Below are positions 40,308 through 48,994 of a stretch of 64,000 bases of DNA, in pieces (positions within the stretch are counted from its first letter, which is position 1; each line of letters opens with the position of its first letter). The stretch is from an uncultured delta proteobacterium (GTDB taxonomy: Bacteria; Myxococcota_A; Polyangia; Polyangiales; Houyiibacteriaceae): positions 130,913 through 194,912 of the forward strand of contig CAWBXS010000001.1 in assembly GCA_963792825.1 (NCBI GenBank), given 5' to 3'. The notes under the pieces were generated by a model. It saw only the letters and a list, made by a program, of their open reading frames with translations. It was not told the DNA's origin and did no database searches. The position numbers were made by a program, and so were the translations under genes.

Positions 40308-41582
40308 CTAGGCGCCGGTCGCGGCGACCCCGCTTCGCCGGGGTGACAAACGTTGGCTCCAGAGCTCCCGAATTGCCGCTGTCGCCATGGGAATCGCCAG
40401 CTTGGGTTGAAGGAATGCGCGCCATGGCGCCTCACCCATCATGATGTCGGCCCAAGCGAAAAAGAACTCGTCGCCACGCGCATTGGCGACCTTCGCCATC
40501 GAGTCAACCAGCTCCGGGTAGCGGGCCATCAGATGCGATGCCTTCTTCGCGAGCCCGAACTTGTGGCCAAACTCGCCTACCCATTTTCGTTGATAGGCGG
40601 CGAGGAAGTGCTCGTCGAACCGTCCGACTCGAAACGCTTCGGCCAGGATGGCGGCAGCATTCTCCGCACCTTCCATCGCAAATTGAATGCCTTCGCCGGT
40701 CAGTGGGTCGATGTGGCCAGCCGCGTCGCCGATGATGAGCAGGTTGTTCGCGTAGCTCTTTGGAATTCCACCTAGTCGCAGCCACGCGCCCTTCATCGGC
40801 TCGATTCGATAGTCGGGGCCCAAGTGCCGGCGCACGATGGGGTTGCGGGCGAGCAGCCCATTGTGAATGGTCTTCAAGTCTGAGGGAACCGCCAGACCGC
40901 CCGGAATGATGTATGTGCAAAAATTGAGCTCGTCGTTTGGGTGACGGAAGATAGCGGCGTACCCCGGAAGCAGATCGCGCTCCATGTAGCAAATGCCGTC
41001 CGTCTCGAACGAGTGCGTTCCACCCTCGATGAAGGCGCGGCTGCAAATCGCGCCGGGGCCCTCTTTCACGATTCCGAGTGAGCGCGCCAACTTCGAGTGG
41101 GCTCCATCCGCCAAGACCAGCGTTTTGGCTCTGAACTTCCTGCCGCTAGAATGAGCTGTCCAAGTCCCAGGTTCTGCGTCGAACACGACCCTGTCGACTG
41201 CAGTTTCCTCCACGAGCTCGGCGCCAGCAGACTGCGCAGCGCGCACGATGCGTTCGTCTAGGATGATCCGCTTGACCGACATCGGCGTGCCGTGTGGGTT
41301 CTCCGAAGAGTCGCTTAGGCACTCAATCCCCGAGGGGCTCACGAAACCGCCCGAGGTCGTGAACAGGCACTCACTCGCTTTGATCATCGGGTCGAGCACC
41401 CCCATGCGCTCGAGGTGCCGTTGGGCCCTCGGAATCACGGCATCACCGCAGAACTTGTCGCGAGGGAACTTCGCCTTGTCGAGCAGCAAGACTTGGAGGT
41501 CGCGTTTGGCCAGGTACCAAGCACAGGTTGCCCCGGCAGGCCCGGCCCCGACGATGGCAACGTCGTAGAGCGAGTCGCTCAT
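40308..41582 (-). CDS. Geranylgeranyl-reductase-family FAD-dependent oxidoreductase
   Basis: YDVAIVGAGPAGATCAWYLAKRDLQVLLLDKAKFPRDKFCGDAV, and IIGDAAGHIDPLTGEGI. Confidence 0.85.
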   Translation of the reverse strand: MSDSLYDVAIVGAGPAGATCAWYLAKRDLQVLLLDKAKFPRDKFCGDAVIPRAQRHLERMGVLDPMIKASECLFTTSGGFVSPSGIECLSDSSENPHGTPMSVKRIILDERIVRAAQSAGAELVEETAVDRVVFDAEPGTWTAHSSGRKFRAKTLVLADGAHSKLARSLGIVKEGPGAICSRAFIEGGTHSFETDGICYMERDLLPGYAAIFRHPNDELNFCTYIIPGGLAVPSDLKTIHNGLLARNPIVRRHLGPDYRIEPMKGAWLRLGGIPKSYANNLLIIGDAAGHIDPLTGEGIQFAMEGAENAAAILAEAFRVGRFDEHFLAAYQRKWVGEFGHKFGLAKKASHLMARYPELVDSMAKVANARGDEFFFAWADIMMGEAPWRAFLQPKLAIPMATAAIRELWSQRLSPRRSGVAATGA

Positions 41583-41585
41583 CGC

Positions 41586-42821
41586 CTAGCTCTGTATCTC
41601 GAAGGTCATCCCGGCCCGGCGCAGTCGTTCCACGAGTGGCATGCCCATCGCCGAGGCGGGCGTGAGGACACCCCCTTCGCTTCGAAGCTTGGCGTTGTCG
41701 AGCACGAGGCAGAGCGCGGACTCGGAGAGCATGACCGCGGTCGAGCCATAGCCGGGGTCGCGCTGATCTGAGACCATTCCCCGCACCACGTGGCCGTCGC
41801 CGAGAGCGGCGAACCGCGTCTTGAAGAAACCCTTGTCGCGGGCTTCCTGGCTCGGTCCCTCGCCCGGCGAAGGAAGACGCTTTTCGACCAACGGTCGCGT
41901 CAATGGAAACGCGAGCGACCCCATGAATGCGACGATCCCGCCGACGAACACGGCCGCTCTCGACCAGCCCTTGGGGCCCTTGCCAGTGCTCATCACCTCG
42001 GAGTAACGGAAGTCCTGTCCCCAGGGAAGGCCCATGAGCGCGTGGCTCCGTCGTACGATGCGGGTGTTGATCGCGGCCATGAGGAAAGGCGCCGTCCACA
42101 TATCGAAGTCCTTATCGAAGCGGATTCCAGTTTGGTCTCCTTTGTCCGGCCCTCGCACGCCTTTCGGATTGAGTGCGTAAGGGTTGCCGAGCACCTTCCT
42201 CAGGCTCGGGTCCTCTTTCATCTCGTCCAAGATGTTGAGCATGCTCGCGAACGTGCCGCCGCTGAAGGAGCCGCTCATCTCGCCGGCTGCCATCTTGACC
42301 TCCGATGCGTACTTGCCGTGCCGCTGCTTGAACGCCTCTTGAACCATCAAGGTGCCAAGGTCGGAGGGAATCGAGTCGTAGCCGCAGCAGTGCACGATAC
42401 GTGCGCCGGTCCGATTTGCCTCCTCCTGGTGGGCGTCGATCATGGCCCGCACGAATTGGGTTTCGCCGGTCAGGTCGCAGTAGTCGGTTCCGTTGCGCGC
42501 GCAGGCCGCGACGAGCTCAGCGCCATATTTTGCATACGGGCCGACCGTGCTGATGACCACCTCGGCCTTCCGCGCAATCGCATCGAGCGAATCTGCGTCG
42601 AAGCTGTCGCCGATCAGGACAGGAAGATTCGAAGCGCCAATCTCGCCCGCAATTTCTTGGAGCTTTTGTTTGTTGCGTCCGGCGAGTGCGAGCCGAAGCC
42701 CGGTTTCGCCGCCGAGGTAGTTGCGGACGAGGTACTCGCCGACGAGGCGCCCGGTGAAACCGGTGGCGCCCCATAGAACGATGTCGAATTCGCGAGAACG
42801 GTCGCGGGTGCGGGTCGTCAT
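41586..42821 (-). CDS. Saccharopine-dehydrogenase-like NAD(P) oxidoreductase (trans-acting enoyl-reductase-like)
   Basis: Trimmed to ATG 42821. FDIVLWGATGFTGRLVGEYL (Rossmann fold). Its stop lies 3 nt upstream of the start of the geranylgeranyl-reductase-like gene. Confidence 0.8.
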   Translation of the reverse strand: MTTRTRDRSREFDIVLWGATGFTGRLVGEYLVRNYLGGETGLRLALAGRNKQKLQEIAGEIGASNLPVLIGDSFDADSLDAIARKAEVVISTVGPYAKYGAELVAACARNGTDYCDLTGETQFVRAMIDAHQEEANRTGARIVHCCGYDSIPSDLGTLMVQEAFKQRHGKYASEVKMAAGEMSGSFSGGTFASMLNILDEMKEDPSLRKVLGNPYALNPKGVRGPDKGDQTGIRFDKDFDMWTAPFLMAAINTRIVRRSHALMGLPWGQDFRYSEVMSTGKGPKGWSRAAVFVGGIVAFMGSLAFPLTRPLVEKRLPSPGEGPSQEARDKGFFKTRFAALGDGHVVRGMVSDQRDPGYGSTAVMLSESALCLVLDNAKLRSEGGVLTPASAMGMPLVERLRRAGMTFEIQS

Positions 42822-42971
42822 GGGGAGGTCATACGGCAGGCCGCTTCCGGAGGCCACCCCGGACTTCGGCGAAAAGCTCGAGTGAGCCGTTCTCGCCTTT
42901 TCTAGGAGCGCCAAACGTTCGAAGGCCGGCCGGAAGCAGAGCGACCTCGCCGTGCTAGTCTGTGACCCGAA

Positions 42972-43739
42972 ATGCCCGCAGTGCGCGAGACGAATCAGCA
43001 GGGAAGGCCGCTTTCGATTGCAGCCGCGGCTCTCGCAATGATTGTCGGGTGCGCCTCGGGACCCGTGGCGGAGCCAGCGCCCGAGCGATCGCCCGACGCG
43101 CTGGCCACGGCGCTCACGCCTCAGCAGTCGCCCGAATACTACGTCGATCAGGCGAACCGATACTTCGATACGCTCGACACGAGCGCCGACCCGAACAGCG
43201 TGCCGAGCTACTCACCGCTCGTCGCAAGGTGGGAGCTGCCGCCATGGCTCTGGCTGACGGGATATGGCCGTGAGAACATGATCCTCACCACAAACCTCGC
43301 CGTCGAGCTCGATCCCTCGACCGTGCCCACACGCGACTGCCGCGCCTTCGCCGTCCAGCCCTTTGCGCGCTGTTACGTGACGTTCGAGTACGAGGCCGGC
43401 TCGTGTCCAATCTACGAAGAGTTCGTCTTCAACGATCAGGGCGAGATGACTTTCATCGAGGCCTGGTCGGACCAGCCAGGGCTCCTGCCGATGCCCGATC
43501 CAGCGGATCGGTGGGCCCAGGGTGAAGACGTCCGCCGCCTCGCCACCAAGGTTCCCGGTCTCGGAAACGAAACCGGTCTCATCGATCTCGATTCCGATGC
43601 CATGGAGGTCGCCGCAAGGGAGGACCCCGAGGTCGCCGACTTCGTCCGCCGCGCCAAGGATTTCTGGCCGGCTTGGCTCGAGGCGAATCAAGAGGCGGGC
43701 CCGGACTACTTCGCGCGCGGCTGCGGATGGACGGAGTGA
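42972..43739 (+). CDS. Hypothetical lipoprotein
   Basis: Lipobox LAMIVGCASG. The mature domain is acidic with several Cys and Trp. No family recognised. Confidence 0.6.
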   Translation: MPAVRETNQQGRPLSIAAAALAMIVGCASGPVAEPAPERSPDALATALTPQQSPEYYVDQANRYFDTLDTSADPNSVPSYSPLVARWELPPWLWLTGYGRENMILTTNLAVELDPSTVPTRDCRAFAVQPFARCYVTFEYEAGSCPIYEEFVFNDQGEMTFIEAWSDQPGLLPMPDPADRWAQGEDVRRLATKVPGLGNETGLIDLDSDAMEVAAREDPEVADFVRRAKDFWPAWLEANQEAGPDYFARGCGWTE

Positions 43740-43813
43740 GCCCCCGTCCAACTTGATCTCTCTGGCCCTCGTCGATTGATGTTATACGGCAGAACCCACC
43801 CCGAGGAGATGAG

Positions 43814-44308
43814 ATGGCTGCTTCCAGAAACGGTCTTCCACTGAGCCTGCGGAAGAAGGACATCTTTTTCGTCGTTTGTTTTTCGTTCTTCGCGTTCTCG
43901 TCGTTCTTTTCCGATTCCTGGCATGCGCTCGGCCTCCTCGACGGCGATGCCTTTTGGTCACGCGCGAACCGGTGGTACGGCGAAATCGCCCAGGATTACT
44001 TCTTCCTGGCGGACCACCCGTACGTCCGGGTCAACACCGGCATTTCTGGAATGGTGTACGGACCCTTTTATCTCCTGCTGGTCTATTCCTTCATCAAGGG
44101 GAAGAACTGGATTCGCCCTTGGGCGCTGGTCTACGTCGGCGCGATGTTGCATGGCTGCACCGAGTTTCTGATCTACGAATATTGGATCGGACCCCCGCCC
44201 GGTAACGCGCTCCTCTTTTGGGCGTTCAACGGCCCCTACTGGGTGGTCCCGTTTCTGCTCGGCATCCGCATGTGGAAGCCCGACCCGTTCGGCTCGTCAG
44301 TTGTCTGA
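43814..44308 (+). CDS. TMEM97/sigma-2-receptor-like (EXPERA domain) 4-TM membrane protein
   Basis: 164 aa with four TM segments. YGPFYLLLVYSFIKGKNWIRPWALVYVGAMLHG and NGPYWVVPFLLGIRMW parallel the TMEM97/EBP-type pattern as I recall it (...FLKG..WIR...; ...YAPYLLIPF...). The local sequence is visibly more A/T-rich than its surroundings. Confidence 0.6.
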   Translation: MAASRNGLPLSLRKKDIFFVVCFSFFAFSSFFSDSWHALGLLDGDAFWSRANRWYGEIAQDYFFLADHPYVRVNTGISGMVYGPFYLLLVYSFIKGKNWIRPWALVYVGAMLHGCTEFLIYEYWIGPPPGNALLFWAFNGPYWVVPFLLGIRMWKPDPFGSSVV

Positions 44309-46153
44309 CGCGTTGCGCGGGCGGGGTTTTCGCGGTGTGCCCCGTAAGTCCTCGTAACTACTGCGCGTAGGGAGGGGGAGCGTGTCCCGTTTGAGCTTGA
44401 GGGTGGGGGTGTAGGAGGCGCTCGGGAATCCGCCTTCCACGATGTGCCACGCGGCTATGCGCTCGGCATGCGACACCTCGTCGTTGTACGAATCGACCAG
44501 TCGTTGGATTTCGGCGGCGATTGCAGGGTGTCTTTCCACCGGCGCGGATCGCGCTGCTTCGCGTGCATCAAGCCATGCTGCCGCCTCTTCAGCGTCGAGC
44601 GAGATGAGCACGGCGGCATGTGGCCGCCCTTCGCCGAATGCCATCGCGTCGGAAATCAGGGGGCTTGCTCTCAGCCGGTTCTCGATCCGTTGCGGCGAGA
44701 TGTTCTTGCCGGACGTGAGAACGAAATAGTCCTTTTTCCGATCGAGAATACGGAGGCGTCCATCGGAGGTGAGCTCCCCGATATCCCCGGTATGCAGCCA
44801 GCCTTCGCCGTCGAGAACCTTTGCGGTCTCGTCGGGCTTCCGCCAGTAACCCGCAAACACGCAGTCACCGCGCAGCAGTATCTCGCCGTCCTCCGCAATC
44901 GTGATCTCGACGTCGTCGTGCGGAGCTCCGACGAGCCCAGCTTCGAGGTCGCCGGGGCCTTGGGAGGCACCTGCACCGCACGTCTCCGTCATCCCCCAGG
45001 CCTGGCGGAGCGGGATCCCGATCGCCTGAAAGAAATACTGCACCTCGACCGGCAGCGCCGCCGCGCCAGAGCTGGCGGACCACAAGCGCTCGAACCCCAT
45101 ACGTTTCTTGATCGGTGGGCCGAGGATCTCGCTCGACAACCATGCCTCTAGTCTCTCGGCGATGCTCACCTGCTGTCCTTCGCGGCGCCGACGGACGATT
45201 CCGGCGGCCGCTTCGATGGCTCCCCCGATCCAACGCTCGGGCTTCGGAGCGGCCTCGAGCTCAGCCAGGATGCGTGCCCGAGTCTTCATCCAGAACTGCG
45301 GCGGACCGAGCAGCGCCGTCGGACGGGCCAGCCGAAATGCTTCGGGAAGCAGCGCAAGATCGGGGACGAACCAGATCTCGCCCGATGGAGCCCCTCGGAC
45401 CATCGGGATCAGCGAGATCATGATTCGTCCCGTGATGTGGCTGAGCGGACTGTAGCTGACGAGGGTCTGATGCCCCTTGGGCCGGAGCCGCGTCACGAAC
45501 CGCGTCGCCGCAAACAGCGCGTTGCGATGTGTGAGCGCGACGCCTTTGGGTGGACCCGTCGTTCCCGACGTGTAGACGATCGTGAACACATCCGAATCAC
45601 GGATCATGTCGAGCCGAGCGGCGACGGCCTGGCTATCGGTTTTGAGGAATTGGGCTCCACGGCGGCGGAGCTCGGTCAGAGGCACGATCCGGCCGTAGGC
45701 GACTTTCCGGCAACTGACGATGAACGACTCCACATCCGGGAGCCTTAGGGCAAGCAGGCGTTCGAGAGTCCCATCGTCGTCGACGAATACATGGCGGCAG
45801 CCTGCATCGTTGATGCACCGCGCGAACTGGTCATCGGCAAACTCACGAAAGAGCGGAACCACAATTCCAGCGGCGTGCTGGATGGCGTAATCCGCGATCA
45901 GCCATTCGGGGGAGTTTCGGGCGATGATGCCGACCCGGTCGCCCGACTCGAGGCCCATCGCCATCAGACCGGCGGAGGTCTCCTCGGTCAACCGCCGCGC
46001 GTCGGCTCCTGTCGCGCTTTCCCACTCACCTTCCACGGGCCAGCGAAAGACGACCTCGTTTGCAAGCTCCCCGGAGCGTACCAGGAAGTTGTGAATTACA
46101 GTGTCGCGACGAAGCGAGGGAGCCGATCCAGTTGCATCGCGGGGGGGCGACAT
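44297..46153 (-). CDS. Long-chain fatty-acid--CoA ligase (AMP-forming adenylating enzyme)
   Basis: TIVYTSGTTGPPKGV (AMP-binding motif), GWLHTGDIG, RILDRKKDYF. Confidence 0.9.
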   Translation of the reverse strand: MSPPRDATGSAPSLRRDTVIHNFLVRSGELANEVVFRWPVEGEWESATGADARRLTEETSAGLMAMGLESGDRVGIIARNSPEWLIADYAIQHAAGIVVPLFREFADDQFARCINDAGCRHVFVDDDGTLERLLALRLPDVESFIVSCRKVAYGRIVPLTELRRRGAQFLKTDSQAVAARLDMIRDSDVFTIVYTSGTTGPPKGVALTHRNALFAATRFVTRLRPKGHQTLVSYSPLSHITGRIMISLIPMVRGAPSGEIWFVPDLALLPEAFRLARPTALLGPPQFWMKTRARILAELEAAPKPERWIGGAIEAAAGIVRRRREGQQVSIAERLEAWLSSEILGPPIKKRMGFERLWSASSGAAALPVEVQYFFQAIGIPLRQAWGMTETCGAGASQGPGDLEAGLVGAPHDDVEITIAEDGEILLRGDCVFAGYWRKPDETAKVLDGEGWLHTGDIGELTSDGRLRILDRKKDYFVLTSGKNISPQRIENRLRASPLISDAMAFGEGRPHAAVLISLDAEEAAAWLDAREAARSAPVERHPAIAAEIQRLVDSYNDEVSHAERIAAWHIVEGGFPSASYTPTLKLKRDTLPLPTRSSYEDLRGTPRKPRPRNASDN

Positions 46154-46158
46154 GACGA

Positions 46159-46833
46159 CTAGAGGTCGACCTCGAACGACCCCTCGTCGGGTAATCCTCG
46201 CAGCATGTACCGGCTCGTATGAATTCGAAGAGAGACCCGGCCGTCGTCATCGCGCGACTCGTCGAGAGTCCAGAGGAGATACTCCGCTTCAGGGAATGCG
46301 CTGGCGTGGAGTTGCTCGCCGAACATCCGCCGCAAGATGCTCGACGGATCCATCACCTGCGCCAGCAGGCGAAGGAGCATCGCTTCGCTCAACGGTTGCG
46401 AGAGGCGCTCGCGCGCAGCCTCGTCGAGCGGCGTCAGGTGCAGATCAGCTCGCACGATCTCCGGCGTCGAAAAATCCCGGGGAAACGCCTTCGAGAGGAG
46501 CCACGCGCCTCGAAAGAGCGGCTCGTGCGCCTGTAGATCGGGATAGTTTTCCCAGAGCGCTTCCTCGCGAAGATCATGGGCGGCGTTCCGGATCTGGCCG
46601 TCCTTGAGAATCCCTCGCAAACACACGTCGAGCGTCAGCTCGGAGGCTTCGAGCGGCTCCAAGTCCTGAAGCGCCATGATGCACATGTCCGGGAGCTCTT
46701 CATGAGGAACGCTCTGCCCGTCCGGAATCTCGAGGCGCTCCAGAATCTCCCGGAACTTCTCGTCGGTCCACGCGTGCGGGAGCTCGTCGACCACGGCGAG
46801 CTCGTCGATTGTCAGCCGAAATGACGCCTTCAT
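46159..46833 (-). CDS. Hypothetical acidic cytoplasmic protein
   Basis: Trimmed to ATG 46833 (MKASFRLTIDELAVVDELPHAW...). It ends 5 nt upstream of the acyl-CoA ligase start. It has no signal peptide or TM segment, and I recognised no family. Confidence 0.55.
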   Translation of the reverse strand: MKASFRLTIDELAVVDELPHAWTDEKFREILERLEIPDGQSVPHEELPDMCIMALQDLEPLEASELTLDVCLRGILKDGQIRNAAHDLREEALWENYPDLQAHEPLFRGAWLLSKAFPRDFSTPEIVRADLHLTPLDEAARERLSQPLSEAMLLRLLAQVMDPSSILRRMFGEQLHASAFPEAEYLLWTLDESRDDDGRVSLRIHTSRYMLRGLPDEGSFEVDL

Positions 46834-47142
46834 CCGCCAACCGTATGACACGGTTGCAGGCAGAGAGCACCGGATAGAAAAGCGCACCCCAAATCGGATA
46901 GAGTCTGCGCTCCGTCTCATCGGCGGGTAGCGGAGTAGGGCTGTGCCTACGATGACGCGGGTACTTTTGCTGGCTCGGGAGAGTCCGCTCAGAAACCTTG
47001 GCGGTGATCGGCGCAGACCCGGCGAAGTCAATGCACGAAGCCAACGCGTGAACAATTACGTATGCCGCATCAATTTCGCCAACACGAAAGCAAACGAATC
47101 GCTTGCGCCTCGCCGAAACGGAATCAGTCGGGAAAACCGAGT

Positions 47143-47158
47143 TGGCATGGCTGATGCA
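47143..47158 (+). promoter_or_regulatory. Candidate sigma-54 (-24/-12) promoter
   Basis: TGGCATGgctgATGCA compared with the consensus TGGCACG-N4-TTGCW. The GG and GC elements have correct spacing. The GC lies 42 nt upstream of ATG 47199, which has a GGAGAGG RBS. Confidence 0.5.
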
Positions 47159-47198
47159 TCTTTGGTCGTCAGTGGTCATGAAACCGGAGAGGTGGCCG

Positions 47199-47744
47199 AT
47201 GCGGTACGTGGGATTTTTGAGTGTGCTCGCCCTGAGCCTGATGGTGTCACTTGGGTGCGGCGAAGGCGGCGGCGAGGGAGGCAGTGGTGGAATGGCCGGG
47301 ACTGGCGGAACGGCCGGGACTGGCGGCATGGCTGGAGCCGGTGGCGCGGCTGGCATGGGTGGAACCTCGCCTCCGGCGAAGGGGGTCTGGACCGGAACGG
47401 GAGACGGTCCCGATGGGACGTTCACCATTTGCTTCGTGGTCAACGAGGAAGGGACCGCGTTGGTTAGGCCGTTGGTCTCGAGCCCGGGCAGCACGTGTTC
47501 GACGGATCCCACCTACTCCTTCGCGGTCGAGTTCGACACGTGTGTGGGCGCGTTGCTGACGACTGAGGAGGTCCCCATCGTCGATGGGATGTTCGAGCTC
47601 GTCGAGGAGGGTCAAGGTCCCCTCGCCGGGTATTGGATGATCCACGGCACCATCGACGGGAGCTCGGCATCTGGCGACGCGGAAGTCGCAGATAACTCCG
47701 GCGGCACCTGCGCGGGCAACTGGGAAGCGATGCTCAGCGAGTAG
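47199..47744 (+). CDS. Lipoprotein with post-lipobox glycine tract (P1)
   Basis: Trimmed to ATG 47199: MRYVGFLSVLALSLMVSLGC (lipobox). A glycine tract GEGGGEGGSGGMAGTGGTAGTGGMAGAGGAAGMGG follows, then a ~120-aa domain with 4 Cys. Confidence 0.75.
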   Translation: MRYVGFLSVLALSLMVSLGCGEGGGEGGSGGMAGTGGTAGTGGMAGAGGAAGMGGTSPPAKGVWTGTGDGPDGTFTICFVVNEEGTALVRPLVSSPGSTCSTDPTYSFAVEFDTCVGALLTTEEVPIVDGMFELVEEGQGPLAGYWMIHGTIDGSSASGDAEVADNSGGTCAGNWEAMLSE

Positions 47745-47851
47745 CCCTCGCACAAAGATCTCGAAGATTTGACCGAGGTTGAGCAGAAAGAAGGATTGTC
47801 GCACAGCGTATTGACCCGACTGCGAGCCGAACCCGGCTGGGGACGCCTCCC

Positions 47852-47884
47852 AAAAAAAGAGCCCGCTCGAAAGAGAGCGGGCTC
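47852..47884 (-). terminator. Rho-independent terminator after tRNA-Glu
   Basis: On the minus strand, GAGCCCGCTC-TCTTTC-GAGCGGGCTC forms a perfect 10-bp stem. TTTTTTT follows it, and the hairpin starts 9 nt past the tRNA 3' end. Confidence 0.75.
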
Positions 47885-47893
47885 CTTGCGGGG

Positions 47894-47966
47894 CGTCCCC
47901 AGCGGGATTTGAACCCGCGTTACTGGCGTGAAAGGCCAGGGTCCTTGGCCACTAGACGATGGGGAC
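47894..47966 (-). tRNA. tRNA-Glu (anticodon UUC)
   Basis: The reverse complement reads GTCCCCATCGTCTAGTGGCCAAGGACCCTGGCCTTTCACGCCAGTAACGCGGGTTCAAATCCCGCTGGGGACG. The acceptor stem is GTCCCCA/TGGGGAC, the anticodon loop CTTTCAC, and the T-arm GCGGG-TTCAAAT-CCCGC. CCA is not encoded. Confidence 0.9.
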
Positions 47967-47998
47967 GATATGTATTCTTCAAGCTTGCGCTTCCTCGG

Positions 47999-48071
47999 TG
48001 GGCCGTCAGGGACTCGAACCCTGGACCGTTGGATTAAAAGTCCACTGCTCTACCAACTGAGCTAACAGCCC
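47999..48071 (-). tRNA. tRNA-Lys (anticodon UUU)
   Basis: The reverse complement reads GGGCTGTTAGCTCAGTTGGTAGAGCAGTGGACTTTTAATCCAACGGTCCAGGGTTCGAGTCCCTGACGGCCCA. The anticodon loop is CTTTTAA and the T-arm CAGGG-TTCGAGT-CCCTG. It is followed by CCG, not CCA. Confidence 0.9.
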
Positions 48072-48410
48072 AAATACCTGAGATGCCCAATCTATTCTGG
48101 TTGATTCCTCGTCGCTTTCCGCTGATTCACCGACTCGCGCGGTGATCGTCGGTGCGGCGGGCGATATACGCTAAACCGCTCAAATGTCCACTCTTTCAGG
48201 CAACGTCGCCGGACGCAGCGTCGCGAAATCCCGGATAACCAGGGACTTTCGATAGCCCCGATGTTCGCAGCTCGAGCCATCCTCTCGGCTTAGCGTCGCT
48301 CGCGCAGCATACACGCGCTCGGCTGAGCCGGACCCGGTGAAACAGTCGCGCCGAGCCCCTGATTAAGGGGCGGGTCGAGCTGATGGAAGATTCACGCTCC
48401 GTCCGAGCCC

Positions 48411-48983
48411 CTAGTCGATCGAAAAGACTTCGAAGCTGTAAGCCTGCGGGATTCCATCGGTGTCGACCGCGCGGACATCGATCAGATAAAATGTGTTCTC
48501 CTCGAGTGAAGCAGCGATCTCGACCTCACACATGGAACTGCAGACCGTCGGGCCGGTTGCCTCATCCAGGACCGACTCGTCGATGTCGAGGAGGTAGACG
48601 TCGAGATCGCTACTCGCGTTGCCCCAGGTCAGCACGACTCGGTACTTCCCAGCGCAAGTCTCTGCCGTCGTGATCGACCACCGATCGAGCAGATCCTCGG
48701 TCGTGCAGCCATTGGCGCATACGTTTCCCATCGCGATTTTAGATTCGGCGAAGTCATCGAGCTCGATGTCACTCCCTTCTTTCGGAAAGACGGCACACGG
48801 GTCGATGCCACCGGATCCTCCCGAGCCGCCATCGACGCCTTGACCAGCGGTTCCGCCCTCGCCACCGCCCGTGCCGCCGGTACCGGCGTCGGGCAGTGGC
48901 GGCAGCTCGGTGCAAGCCGCCAGGCCGAGAGTGAAGAGGGCTGCAAGCATCCGGCGGAGCATGAGCGCTATCCTAACGCGCAT
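48411..48983 (-). CDS. Lipoprotein with glycine tract and pre-peptidase-C-terminal (PPC)-like beta domain (P2)
   Basis: Lipobox FTLGLAAC, then AGTGGTGGGEGGTAGQGVDGGSGGSGG. The C-terminal part (YRVVLTWGNASSDLDVYLLD...TFYLIDVRAVD) resembles PPC domains. It starts 11 nt after the P3 stop, so the two are probably an operon. Confidence 0.7.
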   Translation of the reverse strand: MRVRIALMLRRMLAALFTLGLAACTELPPLPDAGTGGTGGGEGGTAGQGVDGGSGGSGGIDPCAVFPKEGSDIELDDFAESKIAMGNVCANGCTTEDLLDRWSITTAETCAGKYRVVLTWGNASSDLDVYLLDIDESVLDEATGPTVCSSMCEVEIAASLEENTFYLIDVRAVDTDGIPQAYSFEVFSID

Positions 48984-48994
48984 TCCCGCTGGAG

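Noticed and set aside
48092-48280. A 62-aa minus-strand ORF in the 337-bp gap between tRNA-Lys and lipoprotein P2.
   Set aside because: It has no RBS, its composition is atypical, and it lies in the expected tRNA promoter or leader region. I could not define a convincing -35/-10 for the tRNA operon either, so no promoter was called.
47745-48410. A possible integrated mobile element at the tRNA-Glu/tRNA-Lys locus.
   Set aside because: No integrase, transposase, phage gene or direct repeat of a tRNA 3' end was found in the window. Only an inverted 12-mer was found, and it is reported separately at low interest.
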